A DNA stretch of 64,000 bases from Verrucomicrobiia bacterium (GTDB lineage: Bacteria; Verrucomicrobiota; Verrucomicrobiia; Limisphaerales; Palsa-1400). Below, piece after piece: positions 57,684-64,000 of this stretch. Both the position numbers and the translations under genes were made by a program. The stretch covers positions 31,577 to 95,576 of the forward strand of contig DATAUD010000096.1 in the NCBI GenBank assembly GCA_036268455.1, written 5' to 3'. Position 1 is the first letter of the stretch. Every line of letters begins with the position of its first letter. The notes under the pieces were generated by a model. It was not told the DNA's origin and searched no databases. It worked only from the letters and a program-made list of their open reading frames with translations.

Positions 57684-59162
57684 ATGGCTTACGATGGCTT
57701 TGGCGCGTTTGTGGAGTCGTTGCAAAATGCGGGCGAACTCAAACGCATCCGCGAGCCGATTGCCACGGAATTGGAAATCACGGAACTGGCCGACCGCGAA
57801 ATGAAATCGCCCGGCGGGGGAAAGGCGTTGCTCATCGAAAAACCGACCGTCAACGGCGAAATCTCCCCATTTCCCCTGGCGATCAACACCATGGGATCGC
57901 ATCAACGGATCGCGATGAGCCTCAGTGCGCCTTCCGTCGATCACGTTGCGGGCGAACTGGCCTCGCTCATCAAAGCCAAACCGCCGGCGGGTTTTTCCGA
58001 AGCGATCAAGCTCCTCGGCACGGCGCTGGATTTGCGGCATGCGCGCCCGAAAATGACCGCCCGGGGACGATGTCAAGACGTAATCCATCGTCAGGAAGAA
58101 TTGAAGCCGGCGACTGTCCCCTGCCCCACCCTTTTGAATCTGCCGATTCTCAAATGCTGGCCGATGGACGCGGGTCGTTTCGTCACGCTGCCTTGCGTCG
58201 TCACTAAGGACCCGGACACCGGGGAGCGCAACGTCGGGATGTATCGCATCCAGATTTTTGACGGCCAAACCACCGGCATGCATTGGCAATTGCAGAAAGT
58301 CGCCGCCCGCCACGGCAGGCGTTATTACGAGACCGGCGAACGAATGCCCGTGAGCATTTTTCTTGGGGGCGACCCTGTGTTTACATTCTGCGCCACCGCG
58401 CCGTTGCCGGATGGTTTGGATGAATTCCTGCTCGCCGGCTACTTGCGGAAAAAATCGGTCGAACTGGTCAAATGTGTCAGCAATGACCTTGAAGTTCCCG
58501 CCGATGCGGATTTCGTGATTGAAGGTTATGTGGACCCGAAGGAGCCATTGCGCGCCGAAGGCCCGTTCGGCGATCACACTGGCTATTACTCCCTGCCTGA
58601 TCTGTATCCGGCGTTTCACATCACCGCCATCACCCACCGCAAAGATGCCGTCTATCCCGCGACGATTGTGGGGATGCCTCCCATGGAGGATTTTTACATT
58701 GGAACAGCCAGCGTGAAATTATTCCTGCCAGTTCTGAAGATGAATTTTCCGGAGCTGGTCGATTTGGCGCTGCCGGCGGAAGGAGTGTTCCACAATCTCG
58801 TTTTTGCGAGCATCAAAAAAAGCTATCCCATGCAAGCGTACAAGATCATGCACGGACTTTGGGGCATGGGCCAGATGATGTTTACCAAATATATTATTGT
58901 CGTCGATGAGGACGTGGACGTTCACAACACCAGCGAAGTTTTGTTCCGCCTTTGCGCCACCACTGACCCGCAACGCGACGCCCTGTTTACACGCGGCCCC
59001 GCCGACGTCCTGGATCACGCGACGACGGAATTGGCGGTCGGGTCAAAACTGGGCATCGATGCCACCCGAAAAATGCCCGGGGAAGGTTTCAAAAGAGAAT
59101 GGCCGCCGCTCATCAAAATGGATGTGGCAGTCAAATCTAAAATTGACAAATTCTTGCGTTGA
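57684..59162 (+). CDS. UbiD-family decarboxylase (menaquinone/ubiquinone biosynthesis-type)
   Basis: The full-length UbiD pattern (...RNVGMYRIQIFD..., ...GPFGDHTGYY...), with its start 2 nt after the HK stop. Confidence 0.85.
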   Translation: MAYDGFGAFVESLQNAGELKRIREPIATELEITELADREMKSPGGGKALLIEKPTVNGEISPFPLAINTMGSHQRIAMSLSAPSVDHVAGELASLIKAKPPAGFSEAIKLLGTALDLRHARPKMTARGRCQDVIHRQEELKPATVPCPTLLNLPILKCWPMDAGRFVTLPCVVTKDPDTGERNVGMYRIQIFDGQTTGMHWQLQKVAARHGRRYYETGERMPVSIFLGGDPVFTFCATAPLPDGLDEFLLAGYLRKKSVELVKCVSNDLEVPADADFVIEGYVDPKEPLRAEGPFGDHTGYYSLPDLYPAFHITAITHRKDAVYPATIVGMPPMEDFYIGTASVKLFLPVLKMNFPELVDLALPAEGVFHNLVFASIKKSYPMQAYKIMHGLWGMGQMMFTKYIIVVDEDVDVHNTSEVLFRLCATTDPQRDALFTRGPADVLDHATTELAVGSKLGIDATRKMPGEGFKREWPPLIKMDVAVKSKIDKFLR

Positions 59163-59208
59163 CAGGCCGCCGCGGTGACAAAACCCAACGCAACCCATGT
59201 CTCCCGTC

Positions 59209-59556
59209 TTACAACACCGATTTGCCCGAAGCCTTGGCTTTGGCCCAACGCGCTTTGGCGACAGCGGCAAGCCTGGCCCTGGTGGCCGCGCTAACTTTAC
59301 GGCGCCCCGCCTTTTTGACAGCAGCAGCGGCGGGAGCAGCCCCGCGCCCCCGTTTTTTTGCCCAGCGCAAACGTTGCGCGGCGGCTATCCGGGCCCTGGC
59401 GGACGCGGACATGACACGGCGCTTGGAAGAGGCGGCGCCAGCGTCCCCGTCGCCGCCGGCAATCGAACTGAGTCGCGCCTCCAGGCGTTCAATTTGTTCC
59501 TTGATCACAACCACCTGGCGCAGTTGGCCCACAGTTAAATTCTCAAGATTAGTCAT
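59209..59556 (-). CDS. Putative nucleoid-associated protein: N-terminal coiled coil plus an Ala/Lys/Arg-rich C-terminal tail with an internal repeat and an RGRG (AT-hook-like) element
   Basis: LENLTVGQLRQVVVIKEQIERLEARL (coiled coil). The tail holds two copies of R(R/K)VxSAxxRAR(I/L)AAxxxxRWAK plus KKRGRGAAP. The DNA-binding assignment is an inference. Confidence 0.35.
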   Translation of the reverse strand: MTNLENLTVGQLRQVVVIKEQIERLEARLSSIAGGDGDAGAASSKRRVMSASARARIAAAQRLRWAKKRGRGAAPAAAAVKKAGRRKVSAATRARLAAVAKARWAKAKASGKSVL

Positions 59557-59960
59557 ATATAGTTATAATTAGTGGAGATTGTTCAGTCCTTCCCCGCATG
59601 TCAAGAGTAGAACTTTGCGGCTACAAAGAAGCAAAGAAGTGGTGCATTCGTGCAGTCGGCAAATTCCCGGCGACTTTCCCCAGCGCCGGCAATGAGAATA
59701 TTCCGCGCTTTCTCAAGTTCATGGAAAAAGGGAATTCTCACATGCCAGCTCCTTTAAACCGTTCCGCAAATGCTCGATACGTTTCCAGCTCTGCTGACCG
59801 GTCATAAACAGCAAAGACAACTTCAGTGAACATATTGGCAAACTTGCCCGGCGGTTGGAGCGTTGACTGAAAATTGCCGCCACGATCCGGGACTTTGATG
59901 AACTTGATGCCGAACATAATGTGCCTTTCATGTTGGTTTTCTCTGTCAGTCAGAATTGTT

Positions 59961-60650
59961 CTAAAGCTCGAAATTTGATCCGCGTTTCTTGAGCTTCTCG
60001 TATTTGTCCGCGTCGAAGCGGAACAATTGCGCCGGACGATGACGACCGGTCATCTGGGTTTCCTTCAACGGCGCCAGTAATCCAAAGCCCAGGACTTTCT
60101 TGCGGAAATTGCGCTTGTCCAATTTCGTTTCGAGGATCGCTTCGTAAAGATGCTGCAACTCGGACAAAGTGAATTTCGGTGGCAACAACTCAAACCCAAT
60201 GGGTTGATACCGAACCTTTCCTTGCAACCGCGCAAGAGCCATTTTCGCAATGTCGGCATGATCGAATGCCAGCTTCGGCAGTTTGGAGATCGGGAACCAC
60301 TCGGCATTGGCGGCGTCAGTTGCCGCTTTGGCCTTGTGGTCGGAAAGTTTCACCAAGGCGTAATGCGCCACGCTCACCACCCGCTCGCGCGGGTCGCGTT
60401 TAATTTCGCCGAATGTGTAAAGTTGCTCCAGAAAAACGTTTTTCAAACCGGTTTCCTCGGCGAGTTCCCGGCGAGCGGCGTCATCGAGTGTTTCATCGAC
60501 TCGGACGAAGCCACCGGGCAAGGCCAAGGCTCCCTTGAAAGGTTCGAGCGCCCTTTGGATCAACAGGACTTTGAGTTCATCCTGGCCAAAACCGAAGACT
60601 ACGCAGTCCACGGTTAGAGCGGCACGGGGATATTGATAGGCGTGGGGCAT
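59961..60650 (-). CDS. nrtR: NrtR-family transcriptional regulator (NUDIX domain + C-terminal winged helix)
   Basis: Nudix box [24 protein letters not shown], and a C-terminal wHTH-like ~90-aa domain ([25 protein letters not shown]). Lies next to nadE and a pncB remnant. Confidence 0.75.
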   Translation of the reverse strand: MPHAYQYPRAALTVDCVVFGFGQDELKVLLIQRALEPFKGALALPGGFVRVDETLDDAARRELAEETGLKNVFLEQLYTFGEIKRDPRERVVSVAHYALVKLSDHKAKAATDAANAEWFPISKLPKLAFDHADIAKMALARLQGKVRYQPIGFELLPPKFTLSELQHLYEAILETKLDKRNFRKKVLGFGLLAPLKETQMTGRHRPAQLFRFDADKYEKLKKRGSNFEL

Positions 60651-60655
60651 GGATA

Positions 60656-60883
60656 TCAGTTTGTTGATGGTTCGTTGGCCGCGAACTTGGTTACGTAGCC
60701 GACTCGGCTGGCCTTGACGTTCCAATCTCGCGCAATTTGCTGGGCGTATTCCTCATTGAGAATCGGATAGAAAATGCGCTGTTCCGGCAGGCGGGGAGGA
60801 AACTCCCGATAACCACCGGCCGTGATCAGCGCCAATTCCTTGGGACCGACCGGTCGATATAAAATTGTAATATCCGCGTTCAT
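60656..60883 (-). CDS. Small hypothetical protein (75 aa), first gene of the nrtR transcription unit
   Basis: [56 protein letters not shown].... Its stop is 6 nt from the nrtR start. The conserved 16-mer sits 9 nt upstream of its ATG. Confidence 0.4.
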   Translation of the reverse strand: MNADITILYRPVGPKELALITAGGYREFPPRLPEQRIFYPILNEEYAQQIARDWNVKASRVGYVTKFAANEPSTN

Positions 60884-60891
60884 TTTATGTA

Positions 60892-60907
60892 AGTGTTATC
60901 CTTACAC
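60892..60907 (-). promoter_or_regulatory. Conserved 16-mer (coding-strand GTGTAAGGATAACACT), candidate NrtR operator or 5'-UTR hairpin, 9 nt upstream of the small-ORF/nrtR start
   Basis: 15 of 16 nt match the element at 63514-63529. The arms GTGT/ACAC flank AAGGATA. Confidence 0.4.
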
Positions 60908-60982
60908 CTTCAATATATCGTGTATTTCCAACACTATGCAAGGGCTGAATTGAAGATTTTCTCCAAACCGCCAAAATCGGCT

Positions 60983-63004
60983 TCAGGCCGTTTTTGCGGT
61001 CGATTCGCGAAGTTCCACCAACTCCGTCTCAAATCCGCCTGAAAGAATCGGCCAACGACACCACGTTTTGGGATCAAGATTTTCGTCATCGAGATGAAAG
61101 CTGGGGGCGTAGCGTTCACGTTTCCATTGATTGCGGCTCCAAAGCCTGAAGAATCGTTCGATCCAACTTCCGAATTGCCTCATGTCGTATTGTGGATATT
61201 CGCCTCGCAAAAGATTAAACGCTTCCATGAGTGAACGCTTATCGCGGATTGCTGCCCGTTCAATCGCATCCAAAACATCATAAGGCATCAAGTCATCCTC
61301 GTCCGTTTGGTGGTGGTCCGCGGGTCGAAGCTCAGCCGTCGGCGCCTCCCGATTGACGGCGGCGAGGGCGGGTATTGGATGGAGGCCTTCCGGGCCTGTG
61401 GTTTCCATCCAGCGCAGCCACTGACGGAGGAAAGCCTTGTCAATTCCCGCGATGGGACTCAACCCGCCACTCGTGTCGCCGTCCATGGTTGCGTAACCAA
61501 CAGCCGCTTCGCTGCGATTGCTGGTCGAGAGCAGGAGCGCGTTGCGGATGTTGGCCAGCATCCAGATCCCTGGCGAACGAATGCGCGCCTGGATGTTCTG
61601 AAGCGCGATGTCATCCGTTTTCCAATCCAGCTTGCGCCCCAGGGCTTGCTCCATGGTTTTCAGATAGCCATGATGCAATTCGCTGACGTCCAGTTCAAAA
61701 TGGTTTGCGCCGATTGCTTCAGCAATGGCGCGCGCAGCTTCGCGAGTAACCTTGCCGCTGTTTTCCGTGGCCTGGTAAGCGGTCGTCAGCAGGGCATTCG
61801 TCAAGGAATGCGCCGTCAATTCTACCGGCAGATTCTTGATATAACCCAGCTTGGCGCGAAGGCCATCGATTCCCACTTCGGCAAGCGCCGATTCACACGC
61901 CAACGAGACGAGGCAAGACACGGCGGCGGAATCCGCGCCTCCGCTGAGAGAAACCACAAAACCCTCCGAGTGACTTTTTCTCAGATAGTCAAATAGAGCC
62001 AACGCCTCGGCGCGGGTAAACTCTTCATCCTTCATCCGCCCACTGGTTTCCCAATTCTTTGCGCCAGTCGCTTTGTTTCTTTCGCGAACAGCGCGCGGAG
62101 TCTCGGGGAGGACCTCCGGCCAGTTCAATTTGCTGTGTATGCAAAGAAGATTTTCCCCGGTAAGGACCGGCTCGAACCTGGACGTCCGCGCCTGATTCAT
62201 GCGCGCGGCATCCACATCGATCACCGCGTCGGTAATCTGAAAGTCAGCGAAACTGAATCGAGGCCCCGCGGCCACGAGTTTGCCGCCGCTCGCAATCAGT
62301 GCCCCGCCATCATAAATCGCCCGGCCGGATTCATTGCCAAGCAGGTTCGCATAAACGTAGCTCACGCCGTAGGCGCGCGAACCTTCGAGAACCAGCCGTT
62401 TGCGAACCTCAAGCTTTCCAAAGGCGAAGTGACTGGCGCTTGGATTCAGAATCACATCCACACCTTGCAAAGCAAGTGCGGCGCCGGGCCGGTTGGCCAC
62501 CCAGGCATCTTCGCAAATTTCAAAACCGATTCGGATTCCGCCAATCTCAAAATGGATATCCCCGATCGGAACCTTATCACCGTTTGGCGCAATGAATTCG
62601 TCACGCACCCCGGAGGGCCACGGCTTGAACCAGCGAGGCTCATAATGAATTCCGTCCCCGGCAAGAAACCGTTTGGCAACCAACCCGACCAAATGCCCGT
62701 CCACTGCCAGCGCCGCGCAGTTGAATAACCCATTCTGATGTAAAACCGGCAATCCAAATGACACAACCATCCCGCGCGTTTCAGCCAGGAGCTCCTCCAG
62801 AGCGCGCCAGGCTCGCTGGTGGGTATTGACGGCATGAAAGGCGTCTTCACATCCATAACCAGTCAGGCAAAGCTCCGGCAAACACAATACTCCTACTCTG
62901 CGTTCCCGCGCCGCCTGAATCGCCTGACGGACGTTCAGCGCGTTATAAGGCCAGTCGAGTGGCGTCTGATTCAGCACTGCCGCGGCTACATGGATGAGTT
63001 TCAT
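60983..63004 (-). CDS. nadE: Glutamine-dependent NAD+ synthetase (nitrilase/CN-hydrolase domain + NadE domain)
   Basis: An N-terminal CN-hydrolase (LCLPELCLTGYGCED...FEICED), and a C-terminal PP-loop ATPase (VVSLSGGADSAAV). Confidence 0.9.
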   Translation of the reverse strand: MKLIHVAAAVLNQTPLDWPYNALNVRQAIQAARERRVGVLCLPELCLTGYGCEDAFHAVNTHQRAWRALEELLAETRGMVVSFGLPVLHQNGLFNCAALAVDGHLVGLVAKRFLAGDGIHYEPRWFKPWPSGVRDEFIAPNGDKVPIGDIHFEIGGIRIGFEICEDAWVANRPGAALALQGVDVILNPSASHFAFGKLEVRKRLVLEGSRAYGVSYVYANLLGNESGRAIYDGGALIASGGKLVAAGPRFSFADFQITDAVIDVDAARMNQARTSRFEPVLTGENLLCIHSKLNWPEVLPETPRAVRERNKATGAKNWETSGRMKDEEFTRAEALALFDYLRKSHSEGFVVSLSGGADSAAVSCLVSLACESALAEVGIDGLRAKLGYIKNLPVELTAHSLTNALLTTAYQATENSGKVTREAARAIAEAIGANHFELDVSELHHGYLKTMEQALGRKLDWKTDDIALQNIQARIRSPGIWMLANIRNALLLSTSNRSEAAVGYATMDGDTSGGLSPIAGIDKAFLRQWLRWMETTGPEGLHPIPALAAVNREAPTAELRPADHHQTDEDDLMPYDVLDAIERAAIRDKRSLMEAFNLLRGEYPQYDMRQFGSWIERFFRLWSRNQWKRERYAPSFHLDDENLDPKTWCRWPILSGGFETELVELRESTAKTA

Positions 63005-63008
63005 GGTA

Positions 63009-63511
63009 TCAGGTTCCCCCGCGCGCTTTGAGGATCAGTTTCATCTTCAGTTCATGCAGTCCAAGTTCAAGCCCAACGGGATATTCATGGGGATTCACGA
63101 ACCGTTTGACGCCCGCGTGGAACATTCCAATCTGCGTTTGGACTCGTTGCCGCACATCGGGCAAACTCGGCATTTGGCACACCAGTTTGCCCGCCCGAAA
63201 TATTGGCGCCAACAAATCTTCAAAAGGCGCATCTGGCGCCATGTGTTTGCGGCGTGTCGAATCCAGAGGATCAACGATGGTAAACGGTTCCGGCGCCCCA
63301 GTTTCGATATTATAAATGCCGTCGCCAATGAATTCCTTGTCCGAACGAAATCGCCGGACTTGCTGGATGCCCGGGTTTGAAAAAACAGGTGAAATACCGC
63401 TTTCCGATCCGCGCGCCCGGATTTCCAATAGCCGTAGGCCATCGTGATCTGATAAAGGTCCGTCAGGAGCGCCCGACCATTCCCATTGTCCGTTTCAATG
63501 CCGTTCTTCAT
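63009..63511 (-). pseudogene. pncB: Nicotinate phosphoribosyltransferase (pncB, type II NAPRTase), frameshifted and 3'-truncated N-terminal fragment
   Basis: Frame 1 gives MKNG...[31 protein letters not shown] (the NAPRTase N-terminal domain signature). It then diverges at an A6/T6 run (63380-63385). A second frame carries a further NAPRTase-like stretch (...[26 protein letters not shown]) before hitting the nadE start. Only ~500 nt exist where a ~1.4 kb gene is expected. Confidence 0.65.
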
Positions 63512-63513
63512 AT

Positions 63514-63529
63514 AGTGTTATACTTACAC
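63514..63529 (-). promoter_or_regulatory. Conserved 16-mer (coding-strand GTGTAAGTATAACACT), candidate NrtR operator, 3 nt upstream of the pncB-remnant start
   Basis: It is embedded in the imperfect palindrome TAGTGTTATACTTACACTA. A near-identical copy lies at 60892-60907. Confidence 0.4.
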
Positions 63530-63833
63530 TATCACATGACTTTGGCAAGAACTTTTGACAATGCATTCCGGTCCTCGCCTCGCAAGCCGCCATCTCGCCG
63601 GAAAACGCCCGCCTTTATTCTAATTTGTGCCACAGCAAAGCCCTCTTGGCTGGAAGCCCAACAACTCAGTTCGGGAGCCGGCGCCGTTTTTCATGAGCGT
63701 TTTCGCCCATCACGGGCGGCGCATGAAGCACCGTTCGGAGCGAGGATCCAAGAATTGGCCAGGCACGATTTTCGGAGTTTTGAGAGGCGCACAATCCAAA
63801 AGCGGAAATGCTTGATAATTCGAGAGTTTGAAG

Positions 63834-63910
63834 TGGTGCACCCAAATGGAGTTGAACCATTAACCTTCTGATCCGTAGTCAGATGCTCTATCCAATTGAG
63901 CTATGGGTGC
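63834..63910 (-). tRNA. tRNA-Arg (anticodon ACG), CCA-encoded
   Basis: Reverse complement: GCACCCA-TA-GCTC-AATTGGATA-GAGC-A-TCTGA-CTACGGA-TCAGA-AGGTT-AATGG-TTCAACT-CCATT-TGGGTGC-A-CCA. All four stems pair and the anticodon reads ACG. Confidence 0.85.
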
Positions 63911-63947
63911 TTACCGAGGAGAATTTTAAGTTTTCGCCTCAAAAAAC

Positions 63948-63976
63948 TTGACTTTTCTATACTGCTTTTCTATACT
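63948..63976 (+). promoter_or_regulatory. Near-consensus sigma70-type promoter (TTGACT, 17 nt, TATACT) directed rightward, followed by an AAAGGAG RBS at the window edge
   Basis: TTGACT at 63948-63953, a 17-nt spacer, TATACT at 63971-63976, then aaaAGGAGcaaaaca with the gene start beyond 64000. The 13-bp unit CTTTTCTATACTG is tandemly duplicated (63952-63964 and 63965-63977). Confidence 0.4.
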
Positions 63977-64000
63977 GTTTGCATGAAAAGGAGCAAAACA

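Noticed and set aside
57405-58637. 410-aa minus-strand ORF
   Set aside because: It is antisense to the clearly conserved UbiD-family gene. Its composition is Arg/Gly/Ala-rich and low in complexity.
60934-61119. 61-aa minus-strand ORF at the nadE 3' end
   Set aside because: It overlaps the nadE C-terminus in another frame. There is no RBS or motif.

Overview
This is a GC-rich bacterial chromosomal segment. The gene content points to a Verrucomicrobia/Planctomycetes-like organism: several DUF1559 'H-X9-DG' prepilin-type proteins with the [23 protein letters not shown]-terminus, plus DUF1080, GH127 and YfhO-like proteins.

Most of the window is housekeeping. It holds the bamA 3' end with skp, gmd with a GT2 gene, recA, lpxA, acpS with pdxJ, nagB, a ComEC gene, lolE with lolD, an araA-araB-araD-galM-SSF arabinose locus with GH127 and a ROK regulator, hpt, exbB-exbD-tonB, an IMPDH-family gene, a UbiD-family gene, and nrtR with nadE.

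Four accessory or decaying regions stand out.

1. A ~5.6 kb insert sits between lpxA and acpS. It carries an orphan protein with a HipA/PI3-4-kinase-like catalytic-loop motif, an McrA-type HNH endonuclease that shares a 16-bp upstream motif with it, and an MmeI-like type IIG restriction-modification gene broken by at least two frameshifts.

2. A scar region holds a tRNA-Gly-like 3' fragment, a strong GC hairpin, and permuted DUF1559 gene fragments.

3. A heavily decayed cusA/czcA heavy-metal RND pump remnant lies just downstream of lolD.

4. A decayed pncB (NAPRTase) fragment lies upstream of an intact nadE. A conserved 16-mer sits right before the two start codons of this NrtR-linked locus.

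A tRNA-Arg(ACG) and a near-consensus sigma70-like promoter lie at the right edge. No CRISPR array, rRNA or intact transposase was seen.

The ORF track uses GTG/TTG starts in places, and many long ORFs antisense to real genes are GC artefacts.
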